A stretch of 63,237 bases of DNA, counting the filler, from Folioceros fuciformis (lineage: Eukaryota): assembly GCA_049999805.1 (NCBI GenBank). It is 10 parts of 10 records of this genome, joined end to end, with 100 filler letters (N's around TTAATTAATTAA, not from the genome) between each part and the next. Parts side by side here need not be neighbours in the genome. Positions count along the whole stretch, not along the records: positions 34,460 to 43,193 come from JBNGIO010000980.1; positions 43,294 to 48,377 come from JBNGIO010000981.1; positions 48,478 to 55,313 come from JBNGIO010000982.1; 7 more parts are not named here. The stretch is one strand, 5' to 3'. A program made the translations under genes and the position numbers. Each line of letters starts with the position of its first letter. The first letter of the stretch is position 1. This document shows, piece by piece, positions 36,461 to 49,549 of this stretch. The notes beneath the pieces were generated by a model. The model had not been told where the DNA came from and searched no databases. It saw nothing but the letters and a program-made list of their open reading frames with translations.

Positions 36461-39400
36461 TGTAGGGTTATTAAAGCCTAATGTACTTAGACTAATGTGT
36501 TTAGTCTAAGATTAGTGTCTAGTTAAAGTATCATTTGTTTAGATTAGCTTAAGCTAATCTGTACGAAGCTTCTTGTGAAGCTTCCTAGGGAGCTCTTCTA
36601 GAGGGTATAAATACCCCCTTGAGCTCCCTTGCAATGTGAGACTCTGTGGGAGAGTGTGACCTCTCCTACTCCTCTCCTCCTTCACCATGTGGCTCCTCTA
36701 GCGATCTTTCAATTGGTATCAGAGAGTGGGTGTGGAGCAAGAGGGTGATGGTTGCAAGTGTTGTGGACAAGGTGCGCAGGGTGCTCGTGAGGACAACATC
36801 CGGCATCCGGAGTAAGTGAAGGCGGCAGGGTCTCCAACCCCACCGTGCTCGGGCAACGGTAGTACGGGGCACCGGGAGGGTGCCGCCGCACCATGAGGGG
36901 TGTTTGCTCCGGGGTGCCATCCGCACCAGGCGCCTAGGGTGCCGCACGGCGCGGGGCACCAGGGGGCATGGGCGCTAAGAGTGCCAAGGCGCCACAGCGC
37001 GAGGCGCCAAGGGCCCCGGGACGCCAAGCCCCCGGCCGCCTCGCACGGGAGCGTCGTCAAGCCCCGGGGCAGGCCACCAAGCGGGGCGCCCGGCCAACAG
37101 GGGCACTACCAAGCATGGCGGGTGCAACCAGGCCACCGACATCGGGGCGCAGCCAGGCTACCGACACCGCGACGCGGTTGGGCCGCCGACACCGGGGCGC
37201 AGCCATGCTGTCGACAATAGAGTGTCGTGGCTACCGGAGCGCCATAGCGCGGGCGTCGCGAACGGCAAGCGTCGGAGCGCAGGCACCGGAGAGCAGGCGC
37301 CGACGTTACAAGTGAGGGCACTTATTCGATCCAAATGTGAGGCGGCCAGATTTCGATCGAAGGATTTAGGCCCATCGTGTCGGCCTGAATAGTGGACAGC
37401 CGATTCGGCACGAAGTTGTGAGGGTAACTTTTAGAATCCTTTCGACCGTTTTCTAACTAGCCTTTTGCTTGATTTGCATCGATTTTGAAACATAACGTCC
37501 TCAGAAAGCATCATGTTCAATATCGAGAAGTTAGATGGTACTAACTTCCCATTCTGAAAAGAACAAGTGTATAATGTTCTAGTGCAGAAGAAATAGATCA
37601 AGCCCATAAAGTTGCTAGGAGTGAAACCTGTTAGCATGACTCAGGATGAGTAGCAGGATCTAGATGAGCTTGCTAGGTCTACCATCATGCTAACATTGTC
37701 AAAGTTGGTCTATTTCAATGTGAAAGACAAGACCACAAGTTACGATCTATGGCAGAAGTTGTGTGACCTGTATGAGAAGAAAAGTGCGGCTTCTCAGGTA
37801 TACTGGGTGAAACAGCTAGTGGACTTGAAGATGAAGGAAGGGACGAGTATGTTCGATCATCTGAATGAGTTCAATACCTTTTTCAGCCAATTCTCATCTC
37901 AAGGTATCTCGTTTCCAGATTTCGTGAGAGCTATGTTTCTGTTGGTCACATTACCAGAGAGCTGGGACACCTTTGGTACAACTCTGAGTAATTCTGCTCT
38001 TGCCAATGGTCTCACCATTGTAAATGTAGAAGGTAGCTTGTTAACAAAAGAGGTGAACAGGAAGAATATGGAACCTTCGAAAGGTTCCAATGCCCTCATG
38101 GTCAGAGGAATGTCCACTTCAAAGGGGAAGTACAAGGAGCGAAGTCTTTCCCGTAGCAAATCTTGTAGTCGTAACAATGTTGAGTGTTACCATTGTCACA
38201 AAAAGGGGCATATCAAAAGGGACTGCGAGAAGTTCAAGAAGGACAAAGGAAAGGAGAAGAAGTAGAGCGACAACAAGGCAAGTCCGAGTATCAAGCATGA
38301 CGAGGTGAACTCTGTTGGTGATGGAGATGTTCTTATCTCTTCTTCCTTCAATTCTGCACAACTGACAGCCGTGAACAGTCACTTATTCTCTAATTGGATA
38401 ATTGACTCTAGAGCATGTTTCCATGTTATTCCGCATAGGGAGTGGTTTAGCACCTATGATGCTACTAGAAAAGGATGTGTTCGGCTTGGAAATAACTACG
38501 CATGCGAGATTGTAGGCGTTCGTGATGTGCAGTTGAAGTTCGACTACGGATCTTCATTCATACTGAAGGATATTAGGCATGTTCTAAAGTTGACAAAAAG
38601 CATGATTAGCGCAAGGCAGTTGGATAATGCTGGCTACCACTGTTGGTTTGGGGATAATTCTTGGAAGATCTCCAAAGGTTCTCTTGTGTTAGCTCGTGGA
38701 TCGAAGTGTGGCACTTTGTACTCACTTCAGGTAACCACTGTCAAGGATCATGTGATTTGTGTAACGGAACAGCCAAGTGTTTCCTTGTGGCATAGTCGGT
38801 TAGGACATATGTCTCAAAAAGGAATGAAGATACTATCTCGTTTTGGTTCTGTCCCTGCTTTCGACTTCTCCGATTTCTCCGTGTGTGAGCACTGTTTGTA
38901 TGGGAAACATATGAAGTCACCACATGGAGCAAGAGGTAAACACAAAAGTAAACCTCTTGAATTGGTTCACAGTGACGTTTGTGGACCTATGCCCATTGTA
39001 TCATTAGGCGGCGCATCCTACTTTGTCACTTTCATTGATGATTTCTCACGCAAGGTGTGGGTTTATCCTTTGAGGAAAAAGGATGATGTTTTGACAGTGT
39101 TTCAGAAATTCGTTACCCTTGTGGAGAATTAGTCTGGCCTCCGACTAAAGAGTTTAAGGACAGACAATGGTGGAGAGTATGTTTCGAAGGCTTTCCAGTG
39201 ATTCTGTGATTCCAAGGGAATCAAGAGAGAATTGACTGCCCCGTATACTCCTCCCCATAATGGTGTGGCTGAAAGGATGAACAGGACCATCTAAGAGAGG
39301 AGGCGTAGTTTGTTGTCAAACTTTGGATTGCCTAACGGATTTGGGGCAGAAGCAGTGGTTATTGCGGTGCATCTTATTAACAGATCTCCTAATAAGGCTG

Positions 39401-41760
39401 TGGATGAGCAGGTTCCAAAGGAGATATGTTCTGGAAAGAAGCCGTCATACAAGCATATACGAGTGTTTTGCTGCGAGGCATACTACCATGTTCCAAAGGA
39501 GTTTCGGGACAAGTTGGCTCCAAAGTCAAGAAAATGTATTTTTCTTGGCTATGGTGAATCTGGTGAGATGGGATACCGTCCATGGGATCCAGAGGCCAAG
39601 AGGGTGGTTCGCAACGATGACGTGTTCTTCAATGAGACCAAGATGCACAAGAAGCCTACCCTAACTGTGGAGGTGCGATGGGTGGTCTTCCAAGAAGATG
39701 GATTTGACCGTCCCACGCAGGTTGAACGTCATGATGTGCAAGAACCAGTTCCTCCACTTGTAGAAGAGGAGAGAGTGCAACCAGCTTTGGTCGAGGCGCC
39801 AGTGCTTCGTAGGTCAAGAAGGATTTCGCGTCCTCCTGGCAGGTATGTTGCATCTCTTGATTATGTCATGCTGACGGATTGTGGAAAGCCCTCTTGTTAT
39901 CAAGAGGCCATATCAGTGACTGACGAGGACAAGTGGGAGAAGGCCATGTAGTCGCAGATGGACTCGCTCCATAAGAACCAAACTTTGGAGTTGGTTCCGT
40001 TGCCTAAGGGCAAGAAGGCGTTGCCATGCAAATGGGTGTATAAGATGAAGGACATACCCCATTATGGCAAACCCAAGTACAAGGCACGATTGGTTGCTAA
40101 GGGTTTTAAGCAACAGCAAGGTATTGACTTTGATGAGATTTTCTCGCCAGTTGTCAAAATGACCACCTTGCGATGTGTTCTTGGTCTAGTTGCAAGGAAC
40201 AACATGGAACTTGTTCAAATGGATATGAAGTCGGCATTTCTGCATAGTGATCTCCAGGAAGAGGTATACATGCACCAACCATAGGGTTTCATTGAGAAGG
40301 GCAAAGAGAGTCTGGTGTGCAGGTTAAAGAAGAGCCTTTATGGTTTGAAGCAAGCACCCAGAGAGTGGTATTTCAAGTTCCACTCATTTATGCTTTCTCA
40401 AGGCTACAAACGTAGCGATGAGGATCATTGCCTCTATACGAAGCAAGCTAAGGATGGAAGCTTGCTCATTCTGGTCCTCTATGTGGATGATATGCTAATT
40501 GCTGGGACTAACTGTGATGAGATTTCAGCGTTGAAGTCAAAGTTGAATGATCGCTTTAACATGACAGGCGTGGGAGAGGCAAGCCATATTCTTGGCATGC
40601 GTATTCGTCGAGACAGACAGAAGTGTTTGCTGTACTTGTCTCAGACTGAATACATTAACAAGGTGCTTCAACGTTTCAATATGGAGAAGGGGAAGGTATT
40701 AAGTACTCCGTTGCCTCCATATGTGAAACTACCGAGCAAGGATTGCCCAAGCTCTACGGAGGACAAAGCTGAAATGGAGAAAAATCCATACTCATCAGCT
40801 GTAGGGAGTTTGATGTAAGCAATGATTGCTACACGTCCTGACATTGCCTTTGCAGTGGGAGTGGTTAGCAAGTTTATATCAAACCCTGGCAGGAAGCATT
40901 GGGAGGCAGTGAAAGGAGTTATGAGGTACTTGAATGGTACAAAAGCTTTGTGCTTATGTTTTGGTAGTAAAGATGCATCTGTCGTGGGATATATGGATGC
41001 TGATTATGCAGGGGATATGGACAAAAGGAGGTCCACATCAGGTTATGTCTTCATGTGCACAGGAGGGGCAGTCTCATGGTGATATCGTTTGCAATCGTGC
41101 ATAACGCTATCCACCACAGAGGCCGAGTATGTTGCAGCAACTAAGGCGTGCAAGGAAGCCATGTGGCTTGCTCATTTAGTGGAAGATTTGGGGATCAAGG
41201 TTGAGCTGCCAGTTTTGCATTGTGATAGCCAGAGTGCTATCCAGTTGGCGAAGAATCCAGTGTTTCATGCAAAGACCAAAGTATCACTTCATTCGAGAGG
41301 TGTTGGAAGACAAAAGGGTATAGCTTGTCAAAGTTCACACCAGTCAGAACCCTGCAGATGTTCTTACCAAGGGGCTCTCTTCGGAGCAATTCACACAAGC
41401 TCGGACACTCATGGGCATGAGGTAGACCACTCTCCTATGAAGGTAAATTGGCCTTTAAGTGGGAGGTTGTTGGGTTATTAAAGCCCAATGTGCTTAGACT
41501 AATGTGTTTAGTCTAAAATTAGTGTCTAGTTAAGTATCATTAGTTTAGATTAGCTTAAGCTAATCTGTAGGAAGCTTCTTGCGCAGCTTCCTGCGCGCTT
41601 CTTGTGAAGCTTCCTAGGGAGCTCTTCTAGAGGGTATAAATACCCCCTTGAGCTCCCTTGCATTGTAGAGACTCTATTGTGAGAGTGTGACCTCTCTTTC
41701 TCCTCTCCTCCTTGCCTCCTCCTCTCCTCTCCTTCACCATGCTCCTCTAGCGATCCTACA
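36461..41760 (+). mobile_element. Full-length but inactivated Ty1/copia LTR retrotransposon: 5' LTR 36461-36711, PBS about 36714-36724 (tRNA-Met(i)), gag-pol about 37490-41425, PPT about 41457-41467, 3' LTR 41468-41760
   Basis: Paired LTRs; TGGTATCAGAG PBS; CYHCHKKGHIKRDC knuckle, WIIDS protease, WHSRLGH..CEHC..VHSDVCGP integrase, YVDDML RT and DADYAGD..LSTTEAEY RNase H; many in-frame stops. Confidence 0.96.
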
Positions 41761-43143
41761 CTTTGGAGATGGGCAGTAGCAGCATCGAGCCGCTGAGACC
41801 TCCGCCACCCAAACAACTTCCAGCTCTGTCAGCTCCCTCTGTGACTTGGAAGCCATGGTGGCCAACCCAAGTTGACATGGAGCTGTTGTGGCATCAAGGC
41901 GCTCGAGCAGTGCAACGAGCTGGAAGACCTCCTCTCGTCTGCAGAGAAGAGAGCAAGGGAACTAGAGGCGCTACTGGATATGACACCTGCCAAGGACGAA
42001 CTATCACAACCCTTAACACCTGTAGAGTATAGCGCAATGATGCGGGAGCTTGAAGAGCTTGGCTACATCCTTCGTTCAGCAACAAGTGAAAGGTAAGGCT
42101 GTTATCTTACGAAACTCTAACATGTGATGCACTCATGACTGGATTCTGAATTTAGGTTTCATCCATTGAAAGCATCACAACGTTGACCTACTGTGTACAG
42201 AAGCCAGTAAAGGAAGCCCTGTTTTTGTGTTGACAGCAGAACCAAGTATGGACTGCTACCTACGCTGGGCAAGCTGCCTTCATGAGGACTTAACTAGGTA
42301 GGTCATGTACTAGTAGTGGGCATGGAAAATGCCCTCAGCCCAAGGGCTTCTAAGTGTTTGTAGTGCTTCTCCTTGCACAGCCCCTTAGTAAAGATGTCAG
42401 CAATGTTTTCATCGGTACTCATGTACTGAACTCTCACCATGCCCCTTTCAGCTACATCACGAACATAATGGTGATAAAGTTCAATATGTTTGGTTCTAGC
42501 ATGGAACCTTGGATTCTAGACAAGTGCAATAGCCGACATATTGTCCCATAGCAGAGTAATTGGGCCAATCTGAGGCAAGTGTATTGCTTCCAAGAATTGC
42601 CTATCCCACTCTAATTCCTTGCATGCGTCTGTCAGGGCTTTGTACTCAGCTTCAGTGGACGACAACGCCAAGGATGTTCGCTTTTTACAAGACCAGTTCA
42701 CAACTCTTGTAGCCAGTAGGAAGACGTACGCCGAGAGACTCTTACGGGAGTCGGCATCAGATGCCCAATCAGCATCTGCGAATGCTGTTAGTAAGAACTG
42801 CTGCTGTCCACTAGCCACATAGTGTAATCCATAAGTGAGAGTGCCTTTCAAGTATTTGTAAATGCGCTTAACATCTGACCAGTGGGCTTTGCTAGGATTT
42901 TTCAGAAACTGTGACACTATACTAACAGAGTAAGATATGTCAGGACGTGTCCAGTTGGCTAGAAAGATCAGGCAGCCAACGGCTTCAACATATGGCACAA
43001 TTGACATTATTAGCTGGTCATCATCAGCAAGTGGAGACTGTTCCTTGGTAAGTTTTTCCGCCACTACTGATGGCGTAATGACTGACTTGGCAGCATCCAT
43101 ATTAAATCATTTTAAAATCTCCTTCAAGTATTTTGTTTGATGA
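41761..43143 (-). mobile_element. Ty1/copia fragment (FLANWTRPDI family): end of RT, RNase H (to about 42310) and extra 3' region
   Basis: FLANWTRPDISYSVS, FADADWASD and ALSSTEAEY motifs; same family as 25962-28726. Confidence 0.88.
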
Positions 43144-43293
43144 AGAATGTCAAGTGACCAAAAATCAATGCACACGTAAGTGCTCAGAATAATNNNNNNN
43201 NNNNNNNNNNNNNNNNNNNNNNNNNNNNNNNNNNNNNTTAATTAATTAANNNNNNNNNNNNNNNNNNNNNNNNNNNNNNNNNNNNNNNNNNNN

Positions 43294-44547
43294 GGTTCTC
43301 TCTGCATTATGCAGTTGCCAAGATCAGCAACAAGCTCAGCTGCCATGCAGACAGAGTTTTTAGAGCATAAAGTCACATGCACAACCAAACGCAAGCCGTC
43401 CAAGTTGCCAGGGTCCTGGTCATTTTCGCGGAAGGAAGTTTAGGCAAGCCTTCACTCCGTACACACTGCAACTTAGAATATGAAATAAGCATGGTACAGG
43501 AGCTAAATATCTTGCGAAGTTCATATATGAGCCATACCTTTTGCAATAGTAACTGGGCTATCTCCATGACAGAATCCAAATCTCGTAACAGAAAAGCTAG
43601 TCTTCCCTTCTCGGCCAATGCAGGCAGAAACCATGGACAGAGAACAAAAACCTAATCATGACGTCAAGAGCAACAACTGTGACTGACCTGCTCGTGTAGG
43701 TACAGAGCTCACCCGTAACCTCTCAATTAGCTTACAAACACGAATACGTTATCGCCACACCTTATTCATCTCATTGACAGCTTTCAGATAGTTCCCTTTG
43801 AGCTCATAATATCGCGCCATCCCCAAACTCGCTTCCAAATTGTTCCCTCTTACAAGAACTCCTCTAAATGTATCGGCGGCAGTCTCGGCTGTAGCCCAGT
43901 AAACAGTCCCTTTACACCAGCTTTGAAGCTCTACCCAGCCTTTCACACAGAGTGCCTGGGCGTTCTGCGGCTGCACCTTCAGAACTCTGTGAACGAGTAA
44001 TAACGTCGAGAACAGCCTACACCCAAGAACCAAAACCAAGTATTGGAGTATGGTCTTCACCTTAAAACCCACTCCATAGCTTTTTGAAGCTCGTAAGCCC
44101 TTCCAAGCAGGCTATACAGCGTTGCCGCAAGAAGAAGTGCCCTCTCTGAAGCAGTCTGCTCCACCTCTTCCAGCCGCTGGAGCAAATTTGATGCTGGGCC
44201 ATCTATTCCTATAGCCGCTGTTTCACAATAAAGTAGCGCTGCAACGACCCCAACTTCCAGCTCCACGTTTCCATTCAATTTCCAGAGATCTCTGACAGCC
44301 TCTGAAATGCTGCCTTCCAACATTACGCCGCATGCCTGCAGACGAGGTCAGAAGAAAGCCGTCTGTCAAGACGTTCCCGTGCCTTCTGTGTCTCAAACCC
44401 TCCTAATGGATTCCAACTCACATGCCAAAATTGAAGAACACACTCCTGAGGCTGCTGTCGAATATGCTGCGAGCAAATATCCTGGACGTGATGACCATAG
44501 CCCAGCCGAAAGTAGAAACATACCAATGCCTGCACTTCATCAACCAT
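43294..44547 (-). CDS. IFT139: TTC21/IFT139 intraflagellar transport A TPR protein, 5' part; exons 44547-44422, 44335-44061, 43986-43761, 43651-43538, about 43411 to the contig end
   Basis: ALVCFYFRLGYGHHVQ, VLQFWHACGVMLEG.ISEAVRDL, AALLY, KGWVEL, EASLGMARYYE and PWFLPALAEK match the TTC21 N-terminus. GT-AG introns in phase. Confidence 0.85.
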
Positions 44548-45079
44548 CGCTATCTCCAAATTCAACAGTATCTCTGAGTTCATGGAAGATTATGTGAACC
44601 ACCGATCTTTGGTCCCGGAAATCGTGAGTTCGAAATGCACACGGAACTAAGTGATTTCTTGCGCAACTTGCGGAAACCCAACCTAGGTGCACTATCCCTT
44701 CCGTTTGTGTGCCCTGCAGAAGCGCGCTACTTACGTTACCCACGCTACTGTGGTGTGGAGTGCGGCTGTAGGAGCAGCCACGTTGGTATGCAGTGGTCGA
44801 CCTAAGGAACCCTGAAAACCGAATTCATATGGGCCAAGACCATAGTTTGCACGGGGTCTCCTGTTACGGCCCCGTCGACTGATGGCGGTGACCAGGTGCC
44901 TCTTTTTAATTCTTTCGTTCTTATTTCTTTTCCTTTTTCCCTCCCTTACTCTCGTCTACTTGTCACGGATCGCTTTTTCATACTACTTTTTTTTTTTTTT
45001 TTGGCCAGCCCGTTTCGAATTTCGTAAGGAGAGTGGTCTGATATCGGGTTTGCTTCGTACCCAGTGTAGGTGGATAAAA

Positions 45080-46510
45080 TATTTTTTTATTAAAAAAAAG
45101 ATAGAAAGTTTCATTTACTCCAAAAGTAAGGGGAACAACCCCTAAGCAAGGTCGAAGGCCACAAGGGGCCCCTTGTAACATCATTCTAAAAAACTACTTA
45201 CTTTTCCCTAAAATGTCGTGATGTAGAATAACATAAGGCCTATCTACCACCGATGGCGAAGAAGTTACTTGACTTGGGTTTGTTGCTATTTTAAAAATCG
45301 TGTTGGCCAATGCTCTTTGTAGAGCAATGGATACACGCTATCGAAAGAAGGCCACTACATACACAAGAGGAAGAATACCATTCCTATGACTCTGACAAAC
45401 CTTTGTGCACTCTTTGATGAAGTTTGAAAAGTCCTTACCCATAGCCCTATGAGTCTCAGGGACATGGGGGTGAAAATATACCCATATTGCAGGGGAGAAT
45501 ACTTAAGGACTTTGGCGCTTGCAGAACGTTGTGTCATCCATCTAGGGGGGTTAATGACTACATGCTCACAAATCAAAATCCTAATGGGATCCGCAACAAC
45601 CACATCAATGACACATACATGTTCCCCCTTAGTGAAAAAAAGGTCGGCTTTAAGTGAAACCCTATTACACAAAGTATATGGACATTCCCTACACAAAAGA
45701 AACCCACACTCCCTAGCCATTGAGAACATGACATCTCAAACTGTACCATGGGTGGCAATTTGGTGCACCCCCAACGGGAAAATGTGCTAGATGGGACCTA
45801 GTATCGGCAATAGCAACCCCACAATTGCATGTATAGAGAGGAAAGGCCAAGGGGTGGGCCAAACCTAAGCGAAATCTCGTCGTGACGCCAAAAGTTGTTG
45901 TTGACGACGTACTCGCAAATCAAATTCCTAGTGGGATCCATTTTCTAAGTTAAGTTGCCCTTGTTGCATAAGTAAGTTACTCACTCTTTTTCTTGAATAC
46001 ACAATGTATTTATTAAATGAATAATCTACATTCTCATAAATTCATCAACAGGATCTGATGGCTCCTCAACATCATCCTCCTTTACTTGAACAAGAGCGAA
46101 TATGAGCCCAATAAGACCTAGGGATGCATGAGTCTGAAAAACGGGCTCTTAGTGCTTGGCCATATTGCTTCTCTAAGAGGGAAGCATGAGGACCCCTCAA
46201 CTCTTCCCTAAAAAAGGAGGTGGAAGGACGGAGAGCCTTACAAGTCTCCAAAGGTACAGAGTCCCTTGCTTGCTTAAGATATACTTGTAAAGGGAAAATG
46301 CTCTCCTTAATGCTTAAAATAAAGCCTTAAGAAGAGGAGAATCTTATAGCAAAAAACGAGAGGCCAAAATTGGAGCCGACAAGGCCCAACTACCAAGAAA
46401 GGCAGTTGAGCCAGAGGCCTCAATGGCCAAAGGCCAACCTCCCCTCGAGGCCACCCTAAACCCTAAGCTTACTTATGAGCCAAATCACTGATGGCACACT
46501 CGAAGGTGCA
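45080..46510 (-). mobile_element. Degenerate CRE-like non-LTR retrotransposon (zinc knuckle, RLE, 3' end)
   Basis: TRFRLGLAHPLAF..CNCG..SHLAH..THGTV, KADLFF..VIDVVVADP, KVLKY, RVSIALQRALANTI; homologous to 32815-33631 and 1-550. Confidence 0.8.
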
Positions 46511-47674
46511 AAGACCTATGATGTCCCCAAGAGCATTCACAACTTGATTGTCAAACTTCCAGAGACTTTAAATGGAAAACAAAGAAGGTACAACAGTTCT
46601 AGTGGGGTAACGTAGTCGTCACACAAAATAGGAAGAAAGAATACCAAACGCAATATAAGGGTCATTGATTTGAGAGAGGTATATGGTATGAGCCAAATCT
46701 TCATCCAACATTGCATTCACAAACCTATGAACAAAATCAAAAGGTTGTAGTTACAAAATGTACTATTGGTACTTGGGGATAGAGACGAAGGAGAAGGGAA
46801 GAGGATGGGGGTAGAAACAAAGGAGGAGAAGAAGGGGAAAGAGGAATAGATAGGAGGAGTTGAAGGACCACCCAAGTACCATGTGAGGTTATCAATCTCA
46901 AGATCACAGCTACACAATTCGTAGTCGTTGTAATAGCATTCCCGAAGTCCATTTCCATGAGTTCGGTGTCATGCAAGAAACGGCTATCTACTCACCTACT
47001 CTACCACACAACTTACAGTACCATCTATGGGTCACTCTCAATATACACGTTAATTAAAGGAGGTGGCTAGAAACCACTGGACGCTAAAGAAAGGAAGTGC
47101 TTTCATCCACTACACCTCCTTTAGCTTCTACATTGGCCATGCCTAGCCAATGGACTAGTCCTTTTCTCCAGCCAACAATGTTGAGGCCACCCGTGTTGTT
47201 CAGCAGGTACCTCTTAGGACTCCTTCCCGAGCCATTACCCCTTCGGCTAACGGCAACCACAACCATGACTGACCTTAGGGTGGGGAGAGAACTTGTAGGG
47301 CCCCAAGCCAACTACTAGAAAACACAACCACAGCTCCATCCTGATCACCTCCAACAAGGGGGTGGCACACACTAACCAAAGGGGGTCCTCCACTCCCCTG
47401 AGCGGGAGGAGTCCTTTGGCATCCTTCCTCCTACCTTTACAATTACCTACATCTAGGCCGTCACGCAAGACGCCGACACCTATCTAAAATCCACGCCACA
47501 CCTAGCACACTTACTTATTTTAGCATCTTGGCACGCACGGAGACTTTCATGAAAGAGGGATTCTTGAGCGGGAAGTTTGCTCCTCCACCCTCATTTCGAC
47601 TTCAAAATGGTACGGGCTTTCCAAGCGTCAGTCTTTGCTCCGTGCTCAAGGCATAAACAAAAAGCGGCGGCACC

Positions 47675-48244
47675 ATGTCTCAGCTACTTGCCATAGTTGC
47701 GCTCCTTATTGCGGTATACTATGTAATCGTACAGTGGCAGGAGTCAATGTCGACAAGAAACGAAGCTTGTCATCAGCCACTGGAAGGCATTGAAAGCAGC
47801 GCTCATACTGTAAACAGCAGGAAGAAGAAAACGGCGACCAGGGCACAGACTGAAGACGGGCTGCAGCTCAAGGCAGAGTGGGGCAAGACTAGGGAGTGGA
47901 GACCCTTCAATCTGCAGCACTTTGTGAGAAGCTGCGGATGGGAGGTCAAGATAGTAGCAAGCATAACAGTGAGGGGCGTCCAGGAGGCTAACAGACCCAA
48001 CTTGCCTGCTGTGAAAGAGGAAATGATGGACCTTGGAGATGTGCCAGTTGTGGACCCCCTCCGAGGCATGAGAGTGCGCTGGCGTGAGGTGATCAACACC
48101 CCACTACCATCAAATGGTGACGAAGAAGTGAAGACTGGGGCATGTACAAAACTCCCACAGAAGGACAAAGAGGAAGAGGAGGCAAGACTAGGTAAGAACT
48201 ATATGCTTCATCCATGCTCCCTCTTGCACAAAATTAAATGCTAA
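47675..48244 (+). CDS. Hypothetical 189-aa ORF with N-terminal hydrophobic anchor
   Basis: ATG in a good context (caccATGt); one hydrophobic segment; possible donor gtaag near 48192. No family recognised. Confidence 0.3.
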   Translation: MSQLLAIVALLIAVYYVIVQWQESMSTRNEACHQPLEGIESSAHTVNSRKKKTATRAQTEDGLQLKAEWGKTREWRPFNLQHFVRSCGWEVKIVASITVRGVQEANRPNLPAVKEEMMDLGDVPVVDPLRGMRVRWREVINTPLPSNGDEEVKTGACTKLPQKDKEEEEARLGKNYMLHPCSLLHKIKC

Positions 48245-48477
48245 CTCTAAAGATGCTATTGTTACCGAACCTAAGACTGGAAATGTGGGTGTGTCACAAG
48301 ACATACATGAGCAAGTAGTGTAGGGAAGAGCTATCAGCTAAGGCTTAGCGTAGGATCGATAGCACGCAGCGTAGAGANNNNNNNNNNNNNNNNNNNNNNN
48401 NNNNNNNNNNNNNNNNNNNNNTTAATTAATTAANNNNNNNNNNNNNNNNNNNNNNNNNNNNNNNNNNNNNNNNNNNN

Positions 48478-49549
48478 TAGCACGCTGGGCTTGGCTTACG
48501 GGCTCACGGTGAGCGAGGCCCTCATCGCGCCCGCCATGCCGAGCACCACGGCCCGGGCTGGAGGCATCTTCCTGCCCATCATTAGCTCACTGGCGCTTTC
48601 CAACGGGAGTAGGCCGAAGGACCCGTCATCCAAGAGGGTGGGGGCGTACCTGGTGCTCACGCAATTCCAGGCCGCTGGTAATTCCAGTGCGCTTTTCTTG
48701 ACTGCAGCGGCCCAGAACCTGCTGTGCATCCAGCTGGCGGAGAAGCTGGGTCTCACTTTCCCCAGTCCGTGGGTGCTGTGGTTTAAGGCCGCGGTGATCC
48801 CGGCGCTCGTGGCTATGCTCACGACCCCGCTGCTGCTGTACAAGATCTATCCTCCGGAGATTACTGACACTCCTGATGCGCCCGCGCTGGCTGCGCGGAA
48901 GCTGGAAGCGATGGGCCCGGTGACGCGGAACGAGTGGGTCATGGTTGGGACTATGCTTTTGGCGGTGACCTTGTGGATTTTTGGGGAAGCCCTGGGTGTT
49001 GCCAGCGTGGTCGCAGCGATGTTGGGACTCTCCATCCTGCTGCTTCTGGGCGTCCTCAAGTGGAGCGACTGCTTAGAGGAGACAAATGCGTGGGACACCC
49101 TGGCTTGGTTCGCTGTGCTTGTGGGTATGGCAAACCAGCTAACCACGCTGGGACTAGTCCAGTGGCTGTCAGATTCGGTGGCACAGGTCCTGTCCTCTCT
49201 CGCTCTCACCTGGCCAGCTTCCTTTGCGCTCCTCCAGTCAGTCTACTTCGCCATTCACTATCTATTTGCCAGCCAGACAGGGCACGTAGGGGCCTTGTAC
49301 TCTGCGTTTCTGGGAATGCAGATGGCTGCTGGAGTACCTGGTGTTCTTGCTGCCCTTGCACTGGCCTACAACACCAATTTGTTCGGCGCCCTCACCCACT
49401 ACAGCAGTGGCCAAGCTGCGGTGTATTACGGAGCAGGCTATAATGAGCTTACGGACATCTTCAAATTTGGAGTCATCTGTGCACTCTGGAACATATTCAT
49501 CTGGGGGCTAATCGGTCCATTCTGGTGGAAATTCATAGGCCTCTATTAG
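48478..49549 (+). CDS. DiT2: Plastid dicarboxylate transporter DiT2 (DASS family), 3' part, no introns in this part
   Basis: SEALIAPAMPSTTARAGGIFLPI, GNSSALFLTAAAQNLLC, AWDTLAWFAVLVGMA, LTHYSSGQAAVYYGAGY, WWKFIGLY. Confidence 0.95.

Noticed and set aside
36725-37490. GC-rich ORFs after the PBS
   Set aside because: Copia 5' leader; ORFs in all frames reflect high GC.
46451-46467. Telomere-like ccctaaaccctaa (also near 607 and 827)
   Set aside because: At most two units; not enough to claim telomere targeting or an interstitial telomere.
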